Source of the DNA: an uncultured Candidatus Saccharibacteria bacterium
GTDB lineage: Bacteria > Patescibacteriota > Minisyncoccia > RBG-13-40-8-A
Length of the DNA: 64,000 nt
NCBI GenBank assembly: GCA_965231075.1
Contig: OZ246412.1
Coordinates: 385,587 to 449,586 of the forward strand
Reading direction: 5' to 3'
Shown here: positions 56,096 to 64,000 of the stretch, piece after piece
Layout of the letters: each line of letters begins with the position of its first letter
Numbering within the stretch: position 1 is the first letter of the stretch
The notes under the pieces: generated by a model
Told to the model about the DNA's origin: nothing
The model's input: the letters and a program-made list of their open reading frames with translations, nothing else
The model's database searches: none
Position numbers and translations under genes: made by a program

Positions 56096-57854
56096 TAATT
56101 TCTTCCTTTTTTTCTTCGTCGTTGAATGCGGATTGCATCATGTAGAATTTACGATAAATTCCGCTTTTCTTTTTAATCAGAGTTTCATGTTTGCCGCGCT
56201 CAACAATTTGTCCTTTATTAAATACAAAAATCTGATCAGCGTGTCTGATTGTACTCAAACGATGAGCAATAATGAAAGTTGTTCTGCCCTTAATCACGTG
56301 CATCAATGCATCTTGAATTAATTTTTCTGATTCCGAATCAAGATTAGAGGTTGCTTCGTCCAAAATTAAAATCCTTGGATCTTTTAATAATGCCCGAGCA
56401 ATGGCAATTCTCTGTTTTTGCCCCGTAGATAATTTCACCCCTCTTTCACCGACAATTTGCTTGTATTTCTTGGGAAATTTACTAATAAATTCATGGGCAT
56501 TGGCAACAATTGATGCGCGAACAATGTCTCGAATGTTAGCGTGAGGTTTCCCATAGGCAATATTGCTTTTAATGGTATCGTTAAATAATGTAATTTCCTG
56601 CGGAACAATAGCAATGTTTCTTCTCAATGATTCCAGACTAACATTTTCGATATTCTTGCCATCAATTAAAACCCTACCTTTAATTGGCGAATTGTAACGT
56701 GAAATTAAATCCACTAACGTGGTTTTGCCTACTCCACTTGGACCAACTAGAGCAATTGTCTCTCCGGCCTTGATTTTGAAATCAATATTCTTTAAAACCC
56801 TATTCTTCTTTTTCTTATAGGTAAAACTGACGTTTTCAAACGCAACATCCCCCTTAATCTGCTTAAGATCGATTCCGCCAGCATATCTTTCGGTTTTAAC
56901 TCTGGACAATTTTAACGCTCGTTTAATCACGGTGGTTGCGGTTTTAAAGATACGATAATTGTATCCTAAGTGTGCAAATGGCTGAAAAACTAAATTTGTA
57001 TATCCCACAAACATAACCAGTGTTCCTGCTGACAGAAGCCCTGCTCTTAGAAGAAAAATTCCTCCAGCAAAAACTAATACAAAGCCACCACCGACAATTG
57101 TTTGTTGCCAAACATCTAATCTATTCCAGATTTTGACAAGTTGCCAATATTTATCAATTGCTCCAGCGAAATTTTTAACATTTCTCTTTTTTTCTAATTC
57201 TTCGGCAACACTAGATTTGACTACCTGAATATTGCTCATCGCATTATAAACATCACCGTAAGCTCTTTCGTATTTTTTGTTAAGTGCTCTTTGTGATTTC
57301 ATTACTGGTCTGGTCATATAAATTGTAACCACGCCATAGAACAAAACTATTAATAAAATTGCCAAAGAAAGACGCCACTCTACAGAGGTCAAAATAATCA
57401 ATCCGGCAATTGCTTTTAATATCCCGGGGGCCGTTGAGAAGACAATTTCTTCAACCACACGACTAAAATAATCACTGGCACGATTGATCCTTTGAATAAT
57501 TTCACCCATCTTCTTTTCTTTGTGAAAGCTGATCGGTAGACACATCACGTGCGAAACCATATTAATATCAAAATCATTAGAGGCTTTATTGCTGATAATT
57601 ACTGATTTTCTGCCCACATAGCGATCAACCCAGCTGGAAATTAGAGTCAATATCAACCATAGCCCGAGAATCTTAAAAATTAATTCTAGGGTTGTGGCAG
57701 TGTCAGTCGCAATGTCCACCAACTTACCGTAAATATAAGGGATAATCGCACTGAATACCGATGACAATATTGCTAAAAAAATTAAAAAATATACCTTTTT
57801 CTTATATTTTTTAAGGTATTGCCACAAAATTTTTATATCTTTGTCGACTTTCAT
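56088..57854 (-). CDS. ABC exporter, fused permease-ATPase (MsbA/type I exporter-like)
   Basis: Six-TM N-terminal domain; Walker A GPSGVGKTTL, signature LSTGQKQRIAIARAL, Walker B ILILDEATS. Confidence 0.85.
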   Translation of the reverse strand: MKVDKDIKILWQYLKKYKKKVYFLIFLAILSSVFSAIIPYIYGKLVDIATDTATTLELIFKILGLWLILTLISSWVDRYVGRKSVIISNKASNDFDINMVSHVMCLPISFHKEKKMGEIIQRINRASDYFSRVVEEIVFSTAPGILKAIAGLIILTSVEWRLSLAILLIVLFYGVVTIYMTRPVMKSQRALNKKYERAYGDVYNAMSNIQVVKSSVAEELEKKRNVKNFAGAIDKYWQLVKIWNRLDVWQQTIVGGGFVLVFAGGIFLLRAGLLSAGTLVMFVGYTNLVFQPFAHLGYNYRIFKTATTVIKRALKLSRVKTERYAGGIDLKQIKGDVAFENVSFTYKKKKNRVLKNIDFKIKAGETIALVGPSGVGKTTLVDLISRYNSPIKGRVLIDGKNIENVSLESLRRNIAIVPQEITLFNDTIKSNIAYGKPHANIRDIVRASIVANAHEFISKFPKKYKQIVGERGVKLSTGQKQRIAIARALLKDPRILILDEATSNLDSESEKLIQDALMHVIKGRTTFIIAHRLSTIRHADQIFVFNKGQIVERGKHETLIKKKSGIYRKFYMMQSAFNDEEKKEEINA

Positions 57855-57953
57855 GATTTTTCTATTATAGCAGAAATTTATAAATTCGTCAAAATCGGTT
57901 GTTGATAATTAAATAATTGTTTATAATTAGTCTATAATCCATAATTTAAAGTT

Positions 57954-58364
57954 ATGCTCAGAAGACACCGAAGATCGTTAATTATTGCCGTTTCAATTTT
58001 GGTTATTTTAATAATCGGCGGAATTGTTTTACAACTCAGCGGAGTTTTTGCACCACAAAAAATATACGGCCTATCAGGAATAATCACCAAAATGGATAAC
58101 GAAAAGATTGTTATTGATGCCATGATTCCACAAAAAAATGGCATAGCAAAAAACACAACCAAAACAATCATCGTTGATCAGAACACGAAGATTACAACCA
58201 TAAAAATTCCTGTTGGATTAAAAGTTATAAGCGGTCAACCCATTGAATTAACAGAAACCGAAATTAAAATATCTGATTTAAATATTAATGATAAAATTGA
58301 TATTATCGTCGATCCCAGCAATCAGAAAAATCTCCTTGCTAAAACAATAAAATTAGTTCAATAA
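57954..58364 (+). CDS. Hypothetical membrane-anchored protein
   Basis: N-terminal TM (LIIAVSILVILIIGGIVL); followed by a clear terminator. Confidence 0.4.
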   Translation: MLRRHRRSLIIAVSILVILIIGGIVLQLSGVFAPQKIYGLSGIITKMDNEKIVIDAMIPQKNGIAKNTTKTIIVDQNTKITTIKIPVGLKVISGQPIELTETEIKISDLNINDKIDIIVDPSNQKNLLAKTIKLVQ

Positions 58365-58384
58365 AATTAATACAGAAAAATAGA

Positions 58385-58410
58385 AAAATCCTTCGTCAGA
58401 AGGATTTTTT
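58385..58410 (+). terminator. Rho-independent terminator, bidirectional between convergent genes
   Basis: aaaaatccttc gtca gaaggattttt followed by a T-run. Confidence 0.7.
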
Positions 58411-58429
58411 GGTTGTTTCGGATTTTGTT

Positions 58430-58993
58430 TTACTGACAACTGTTTGTATTGGCGCAATTAAAACTAATCCATCCAATTACATCGCTACCCCATGCCCATC
58501 CTTCGAGTTCTAGTGTTGAAGAATTAATCTTAACCTGTGTACCAGTTGATGTCCCCCAACTACCATCGGCTTCGCCTAGCTTAATCCAGCCATCCCAACC
58601 ATTACATGCCCCTGGAGTTTCACAGGCAACTACTCTCGCCCATCCCGCTACTCGATAATTTCCGATTCCATTGCAAGCTTCTGCCGTTATTGGTGAAGGG
58701 GAATCTACGCAGGCGCCGTATAGGGGTGCCTCAGGAAACCCTGATGTTGGAGCAAAATTAATCCAACCCACGATTTCTGACCAAGCATAACCGGAAAAAT
58801 TTCCCGTTGATAAATTAACAGTTACGCCATAATTAGAACTACTACAACTCACATCGGTACAATTTAAACTAATCCAACCAACATTATCTGACCACGCCCA
58901 GCCAGAAATTTTGTCGGTAGCACTCCCGTTAACAACCAGAGTTGCTACAGAAAATACGGTTAGACAAAAGATGAAAATTATAATATTACGCAT
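58430..58993 (-). CDS. Secreted protein with three Trp-rich repeats (GWAWS..VGWISxNC)
   Basis: Signal peptide. Three roughly 45-aa repeats: GWAWSDNVGWISLNC, GYAWSEIVGWINFAP, GWAWGSDVIGWISFNC. Confidence 0.45.
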   Translation of the reverse strand: MRNIIIFIFCLTVFSVATLVVNGSATDKISGWAWSDNVGWISLNCTDVSCSSSNYGVTVNLSTGNFSGYAWSEIVGWINFAPTSGFPEAPLYGACVDSPSPITAEACNGIGNYRVAGWARVVACETPGACNGWDGWIKLGEADGSWGTSTGTQVKINSSTLELEGWAWGSDVIGWISFNCANTNSCQ

Positions 58994-59012
58994 AAATCTA
59001 TGTCAGATAAAA

Positions 59013-59837
59013 TTAATCTTTTTTACAGTAAATCATATTTAAATATGATGGCAAATTGTTGCCTGAACCAGAATTGAAAGCCGAAATATTTACATCGTGA
59101 TGATGCGCCCAACTATAATCTCGACTAGACGAATCTCCATTTTGATAATACCAATCGTCACTTATATACGCTCCCGTGCTTGTGTTTGGAGGATCAATGG
59201 CATGCGTGTGTGTATCTGCTCCGCCTGTGCTTCCATAAGAACTTGCTCCTCGAGCAAATCTTCCGTCTAGTGCAGAAAATCTGGTCCATCCCGCGGGACA
59301 AGTTGTGTCAAACATTGCGATCATGCCCGATGGAATGGTTCCTGTGCTACTACCACTCGGCCAGGAAGTTCTGCAGTCTGTTCCAATACATAATCCTCCA
59401 TCGGCTCTCATTTGTCCAGCAGTATAAACATTTTTATTATTATACGATCTCACCCATGTGCTATCAATCATATACCACCCTCCGCCATAAGTTCCATTAT
59501 ACCAACCGGTTTGTCCATAGGTTCTGTGCCAGCCTGCGCCATCATCAATAACCACACTTCCATCAACTTTTATTCCACCATTAACGCCCAAGATCCCGGT
59601 AATAGTTTGCTCGGTTGATCCAGCGTTTATCGGCACAGCCACGTTTCCACCCGGAGGAGCAACTGTTGGTCCCGTCCAGGCAAAAATAAAATGGATTCCA
59701 AAACCAGTAATTGTTCCTAAAATTAAAACTGAAATTAAAACACTCAATATTGAAAATTCTTTGTTTAAAAATTTATTTAACATATATTTATTTACTCTGC
59801 TAAACCCGCGTAGCGGGATCCCGCCATAGCGAGACAT
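59013..59837 (-). CDS. Secreted phage-tail-collar-domain protein
   Basis: C-terminal IAMFDTTCPAGWTRFSALDGRFARGAS...GGADTHTH fits the tail-collar domain pattern (..f.g..aP.GW..cdGr....LrGRf..G......GG...H.H). N-terminal TM/signal and a G/W/Y-rich region. Confidence 0.55.
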   Translation of the reverse strand: MSRYGGIPLRGFSRVNKYMLNKFLNKEFSILSVLISVLILGTITGFGIHFIFAWTGPTVAPPGGNVAVPINAGSTEQTITGILGVNGGIKVDGSVVIDDGAGWHRTYGQTGWYNGTYGGGWYMIDSTWVRSYNNKNVYTAGQMRADGGLCIGTDCRTSWPSGSSTGTIPSGMIAMFDTTCPAGWTRFSALDGRFARGASSYGSTGGADTHTHAIDPPNTSTGAYISDDWYYQNGDSSSRDYSWAHHHDVNISAFNSGSGNNLPSYLNMIYCKKD

Positions 59838-59865
59838 TTAACAGGGCGAAATTAATTATTATTTT

Positions 59866-61656
59866 TTAAAACGGCTTAATTTCTCTCCACGTCGGCAGAG
59901 GGTAATTTACACGAACTTGTTTGGTTTCGGTACAACTATATCCCACCGAATCTGTGACTCGCAAAATAATCGTTTTCAGTCCCAGGGTTAGATATTTGAT
60001 AATTATGTTTTCTGTGATTGCGCTATCGGGAGTGGCTCCAACCATTGTCCATTGAAATATATCCCCTTTGTCTATCGAACAATCTGATCCAGAAATTGAT
60101 TCATCATAACAGGTTGAGTTGTCGGTTAAATCAATTTTTTCACTTAAATTTGGCAACTTGGGCAAATATGTAAAATCTGTTCCCGGATAAGGATGAAGTG
60201 GAGTTTTAAATGTCGATAAATTATTAACCGCCAAGGAAACGGAAATTTGTGTCGTGCAAGTTGCTGTTGCTCCACTTCTGGTCACTTCGGCTTTAGCTGT
60301 ATATGTTCCTGCTGTTATGTAATTGCAAGCGTTGGTTTTAGTATATGGATTAGTAGAAATTGCTGATGAGGTGTGTTCATAGGTACCATCGTTTGTGCAA
60401 TCCAATTTATAGACAATGTTTCCTGTAGCCGTACCACCAACTGATGTTGTAAAACTAACATCCGTTAGGGGCGCTGTTCCCGCAGACGGATCAGCGACCA
60501 AGGCACAAGAAACGGTAGCATCACTTACAACAACCGTATTCGTGCAACTATTAGTAACTCCTTCTCTAGTCACTTCTGCTTTAACTGTATACGTTCCCGC
60601 TGTCGGATAATCACACAAATCTGCTCTAGTGTAGGGATTAGTAGAAATTGCTGATGAGGTGTGTTCATAGGTACCATCGTTTGTGCAATCCAATTTATAG
60701 ACAATATTTCCTGTAGCCGTACCACTAACTTGTGTCGTTAAATCAACATCGTTTAACGGCGTCATTCCTGAAGAAGGATCAGCTCCAACAGAACAAGAAA
60801 CTGTTGGTGTTGGTGGTGGCCCTACATTTACAACCACACTGTCTGCTGGCCAATCTTTGTTGTCTTGAGGTGTACAATCTATGGTATATGTCTTAGAACT
60901 GGTTAGATTTCCCGTGGTTTCTGTGCCATTTACTGGTCGTGTTCCTGTCCATCCACCAGACACCGTACATCCGGTCATATATGTTGATGTCCAATTTAGA
61001 TCCACTGCTGAACCATATGGAACGGTAATTGGTCCTTCGACATAATTACCTACTCCAGATTGACGAACCTTTAAATTAATCGATGGCGATGGTTTGGTGA
61101 AATTAAATTCTTGAGTCCACTCACGACCTGTTTCATATTTGGCTTTCAAATATAGGGTGTGCCCACTGCCATAAGAAACGTTAGAAATATCGATATGAGA
61201 AGTTTTTAAAAAAGTTGTTGCAATATTGTATACATATGGCAAAAAAGCATTATAAAAACTCGTTTCAGCAACACAATAAAGTGGAGCCGCATCATCAAGT
61301 AAATACCAATCAACGGTTTCCGAATTAGCCGTTGTTCCTCTTATTAAATCTATCCAATTACTATTATCAATATTATATGATAATAATTCTATAGGGTCAG
61401 AAACTGCCATTTGACCATCTCCACCCAATGGAATATTATACACACAATTAACACTGCATTCACCACCAGTAATTTTGCCAGAAACATTCATTATAGTCAA
61501 AGACGAAACCGGAATGGGGTTGGCATCAAGACTAATTATTCCGTTTGAAAAACGATCACATTTTAATGCATTAATCTTGTGTGCCGATGGAACAATTAAA
61601 AAAACAAAAATTAAAATTAAAATATATAATATTTTTAATTTAAAGTTTTTGTTCAT
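59866..61656 (-). CDS. Secreted protein with tandem Ig/PKD-like repeat domains
   Basis: Signal peptide (MNKNFKLKILYILILIFVFLIVPSA). Two tandem roughly 96-aa repeats with nucleotide-identical cores. Start placed at ATG 61654-56, preceded by an extended -10 TGGTATAAT; the ORF-track start is 61755. Confidence 0.5.
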   Translation of the reverse strand: MNKNFKLKILYILILIFVFLIVPSAHKINALKCDRFSNGIISLDANPIPVSSLTIMNVSGKITGGECSVNCVYNIPLGGDGQMAVSDPIELLSYNIDNSNWIDLIRGTTANSETVDWYLLDDAAPLYCVAETSFYNAFLPYVYNIATTFLKTSHIDISNVSYGSGHTLYLKAKYETGREWTQEFNFTKPSPSINLKVRQSGVGNYVEGPITVPYGSAVDLNWTSTYMTGCTVSGGWTGTRPVNGTETTGNLTSSKTYTIDCTPQDNKDWPADSVVVNVGPPPTPTVSCSVGADPSSGMTPLNDVDLTTQVSGTATGNIVYKLDCTNDGTYEHTSSAISTNPYTRADLCDYPTAGTYTVKAEVTREGVTNSCTNTVVVSDATVSCALVADPSAGTAPLTDVSFTTSVGGTATGNIVYKLDCTNDGTYEHTSSAISTNPYTKTNACNYITAGTYTAKAEVTRSGATATCTTQISVSLAVNNLSTFKTPLHPYPGTDFTYLPKLPNLSEKIDLTDNSTCYDESISGSDCSIDKGDIFQWTMVGATPDSAITENIIIKYLTLGLKTIILRVTDSVGYSCTETKQVRVNYPLPTWREIKPF

Positions 61657-61706
61657 ACTTTTTATCATAAACATATTATACCATAAATACAAAAACAAAT
61701 AAAAAC

Positions 61707-61742
61707 GAGGAGTTGCCGTGTTTTTAACACTAACAACTCCTC
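61707..61742 (-). terminator. Terminator hairpin of the GC-rich lipoprotein gene
   Basis: 9-bp stem gaggagttg / caactcctc overlapping the stop codon, followed on the minus strand by GUUUUUAUUUGUUUUUG. Confidence 0.55.
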
Positions 61743-62278
61743 TACTGCTTTTCAAAAACGATCAAGCCCTCATGGGTGATCCAGAAACCGCCCATTTTGC
61801 CGTCGCCCACGACGCCATCGGTCCATTCTCGGATGTCATTAGGGTAGAGAGCAGACAGAGGAATTTCTTTCCTGTCGTACGCTTGACCAGTTTCCCAGTC
61901 CACGGTAGACAAGATAACGATCGTGGCCACCAGATCAGACGTGGAGTCTTGACCATCGTACCGAGCTCCGTCAGCAACGAAAATTTTGTACATCAAGTAG
62001 TCGTTGTTTTCCCAGAGCATGGAGGATAGATTTTCGGAAAAATCATAATCTCCATTTCTGAAAAAGTCAACCTTTCCTAGCTTAGTTTGTTCCTGATAAA
62101 CCAAGCACGGAGGAGTTTTGAATAGCTGGTCCGGACTCTTCACGTCCGTCCGCCTGTACTCCACGAACAGCTTGAACTGCTTTTTGGTGTTGGGATCGCT
62201 GGGGCCAGTGGGAAACACAGAGTCCTGGCAACCCCAAAACACCAACAGCATGAGAATCAGGATCACAATCTTTTTCAC
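61742..62278 (-). CDS. GC-rich (about 50% GC) putative lipoprotein, GTG start
   Basis: Signal peptide with a Cys (MKKIVILILMLLVFWGC). GGAGA 6 nt before the GTG. Codon usage unlike its neighbours. Confidence 0.5.
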   Translation of the reverse strand: MKKIVILILMLLVFWGCQDSVFPTGPSDPNTKKQFKLFVEYRRTDVKSPDQLFKTPPCLVYQEQTKLGKVDFFRNGDYDFSENLSSMLWENNDYLMYKIFVADGARYDGQDSTSDLVATIVILSTVDWETGQAYDRKEIPLSALYPNDIREWTDGVVGDGKMGGFWITHEGLIVFEKQ

Positions 62279-62499
62279 GGTGATTCTCCATCACTCCTCA
62301 CGTTTTGGCGTGGGGTTGCCTCACTCGTAGTGGGCTTGTAAATCATTGGGCTTGATGCCCATTATGTATGTAAAGATACAAATAAATGTACTCGCTCATT
62401 TCGCTCAATTTTTCGCTCAATTCAGCTCTATTTTGTTTTGTTTATAGTATACTCTTAAATAATTGACTTGTCAATGGATATTTGGTAAAATTAAGACAT

Positions 62500-62838
62500 A
62501 TGAAAAGCGAAAATCGAGATAAAAAAACTAAATTTATACCAAAAAGTGCGAAAGAAGAACAGAGAATATTATTAAACGATAATGAATTTTTCGCGCAAAC
62601 AAAAAAATATTTAAAACCATTAATATTGTCATCCATAAATCTATTTGATTTATCGGAAGACGTGGCAACTGAATTGTTTTGGAAAATTACAAACGACATT
62701 CCTATTGCTGCCAGAAGATTTTTGGAGCACAACGAACCACAAAGAAGTTATAGATTCTCAACATATTTTGGTTGGTATATCGGCCAAAAAATAAACAAAA
62801 TAAAAAAATTAAAAAGAAAGGGACCATCAAAGCAGTGA
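62500..62838 (+). CDS. Small sigma-70 region-2-like protein (truncated sigma-factor-like), apparently leaderless
   Basis: RSYRFSTYFGWYIGQKI resembles the sigma-70 region 2.2 consensus (rFSTYa.wWIrqaI), but the protein ends about 15 residues later. -35 TTGACT (62463-68), 17-nt spacer, -10 TAAAAT (62486-91), ATG at 62500. Confidence 0.4.
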   Translation: MKSENRDKKTKFIPKSAKEEQRILLNDNEFFAQTKKYLKPLILSSINLFDLSEDVATELFWKITNDIPIAARRFLEHNEPQRSYRFSTYFGWYIGQKINKIKKLKRKGPSKQ

Positions 62839-62849
62839 TGGTCCTTTTT
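62821..62849 (+). terminator. Bidirectional terminator hairpin overlapping the stop codon
   Basis: ggaccatc aaagcagt gatggtcc followed by ttttt. Confidence 0.6.
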
Positions 62850-62856
62850 CGAGATT

Positions 62857-63063
62857 TCAGTCGTCTTTTTTGCCACCCCTGAACACCGAAAAGATTGCCG
62901 AAAGGATTGAGCCCGTTTCGGAATCGCTCGTCTTGTTGTCGTTTCTTTCGTCGAGATGACCCGAACCGGCCGCATCGTCTCGAGCGTCGTGCCAAGCCTG
63001 ACTTACTTCCCTGGAAGAAGACTTGGTTTCCTTGGCCGTGTCCTTTTCCGTCCATTTGGGCAT
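62857..63063 (-). CDS. GC-rich 68-aa acidic hypothetical protein
   Basis: AAGGAGA 6 nt upstream of ATG (63061-63). Shares a conserved upstream leader with the lipoprotein gene. The ORF track lists a longer 62857..63084 version. Confidence 0.4.
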   Translation of the reverse strand: MPKWTEKDTAKETKSSSREVSQAWHDARDDAAGSGHLDERNDNKTSDSETGSILSAIFSVFRGGKKDD

Positions 63064-63227
63064 CGCAACTCTCCTTTGCCTCACTCGTAGTGGGCTTTGT
63101 CGATCGGGGACCCTACGGGTCCTTATGTATATAAAAGGTACTAATTAAAGTACTCGTTTTTTCTGTATCTTTTTATGCTTATATTATCATCACCAATAAA
63201 TTTCGTGTCAAGGAAAAATGGTGAATT

Positions 63228-64000
63228 TTATGGCGCTACTGTGTTGGACCAGTCCGATATTTGTCCAGCACTATTTTTAGTTCTAACTTTATAATAATAT
63301 AATGTGTCCCAATTAAAATTACCACTGGTCGTATATGACCCTCTTTCTCCGGAATTAATAATTTGACTGTGCCAACCAGTGTTGTCTTCGGGAGAAGAAA
63401 AAGTGCTGTTGTTATCAACTAATACCTGATATTCCGCTTGTGGATTACCCGCTGGGTCGGTATATTTCCAGCTGATTACCGGATGTCTGGAATCATTACA
63501 ATAATAAAAAATATAATCTAACTCGGTCGGTGGAAAAGCTGATCCCGATAAATTGTTTATTTTCACCTTATAATTAACTTTTGTAAAACTTGCCGTAACT
63601 GTAAAACTAGATGTTGGTGTGGTATAAATATTTGTATATTGTCCACCAGCGTCTATGGCATTATCAGTAATTTTTGCGTAATAGCTGTGCCCTCCCGCCG
63701 AATATGGACCGCCCGTATAAGAACAAGTGGTTAGGTTATTACAAGTTTTTATTAAAACATTATCGACATACATTTCTATTTTTTGTACTCCTGACAAATT
63801 ATCTGAGGCCGTAACCGAAAAAGCTACAGTTTGCGAGGTATTGGGACTTGCCGGTAAATGAGAAATTGTTCCCGTGGGTAGGGTTTTGTCAATGCCCACC
63901 CAGTTATATGATGAATTTGATGGCGATTTATTCCCCGTTAAATTATGTTCATCTTCGCCCCATGATTGCCAATAATATTCACCTTCATTTAGTGATAATC
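63228..64000 (-). CDS. Partial secreted Ig-like/fibronectin-like surface protein; the N-terminus lies beyond the window end
   Basis: I translated the reading frame by hand upstream of the ORF-track GTG (63899) and it stays open to position 64000. The product is Thr/Ser/Tyr-rich and beta-strand-like. Confidence 0.45.
   Translation of the reverse strand, partial: LSLNEGEYYWQSWGEDEHNLTGNKSPSNSSYNWVGIDKTLPTGTISHLPASPNTSQTVAFSVTASDNLSGVQKIEMYVDNVLIKTCNNLTTCSYTGGPYSAGGHSYYAKITDNAIDAGGQYTNIYTTPTSSFTVTASFTKVNYKVKINNLSGSAFPPTELDYIFYYCNDSRHPVISWKYTDPAGNPQAEYQVLVDNNSTFSSPEDNTGWHSQIINSGERGSYTTSGNFNWDTLYYYKVRTKNSAGQISDWSNTVAP

Noticed and set aside
62082-62294. 70-aa minus-strand ORF (MMENHREKDCD...) overlapping the lipoprotein start
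   Set aside because: Alternate frame of the lipoprotein 5' region. The lipoprotein frame from GTG 62278, with a signal peptide and a GGAGA RBS, is far more plausible.
1-64000. CRISPR arrays, rRNA, tRNA, obvious transposase or integrase genes
   Set aside because: I looked for regularly spaced direct repeats, long GC-rich structured segments and transposase/integrase-like ORFs and found none. The only repeat families are the heptamer arrays, the 50-bp palindrome pair and the shared leader described above.

Overview
The window is low-GC (roughly 30% by eye), gene-dense bacterial DNA, mostly coding on the minus strand. The gene repertoire looks like a small-genome bacterium of the Patescibacteria/CPR kind: many genes lack a Shine-Dalgarno sequence, and pilus, ClpB and ECF-sigma genes sit next to a very large glycan island. 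The taxonomic guess is inference only.

Content by region:
- 1..30057 is a surface-glycan biosynthesis island. It holds an initiating polyprenyl-phosphate sugar phosphotransferase, one GT2 and seven GT4 glycosyltransferase domains (one gene is a tandem GT4 fusion), a Wzx-like flippase and a second flippase-like membrane protein, three B12-binding radical-SAM enzymes, three class-I SAM methyltransferases, a ParB/Srx-FkbM methyltransferase fusion, a formyltransferase, a DegT-type aminotransferase, a FemAB-like acyl/aminoacyl transferase, an AsnB-type amidotransferase and three CE4-like deacetylases.
- 30091..40519 carries three large secreted proteins: a beta-helix protein, a 1221-aa Thr/Ser/Gly-rich S-layer-like protein, and a 1049-aa protein with a PLC-like domain, a lamin-tail domain and beta-helix repeats. 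They are interrupted by an ECF sigma / anti-sigma pair and a strikingly GC-rich 102-aa gene.
- 40535..44641 carries a PaaX-like regulator bracketed by two identical 50-bp palindrome-containing repeats, followed by clpB.
- 44709..55725 is a complete type IV pilus locus: pilM-N-O, pilB, pilT, pilC, pilD, two tandem major pilin paralogs and five further pilin or pseudopilin genes.
- 55790..57854 encodes an RNHCP zinc-ribbon protein and an MsbA-like ABC exporter.
- 58430..64000 carries secreted proteins (a Trp-repeat protein, a tail-collar-domain protein, a PKD/Ig-repeat protein) and two more GC-rich small genes that share a conserved upstream leader.

The most notable unexplained signals are:
- a dispersed, in-frame GTTCGAR heptamer repeat family, one inverted pair of which brackets a four-helix-bundle (Avd-like) gene inserted between two glycosyltransferase genes;
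- the three GC-rich genes sitting behind native AT-rich signals;
- the palindromic 50-bp repeat pair;
- heptanucleotide tandem repeats inside a glycosyltransferase gene.

No rRNA, tRNA or CRISPR array was recognised.
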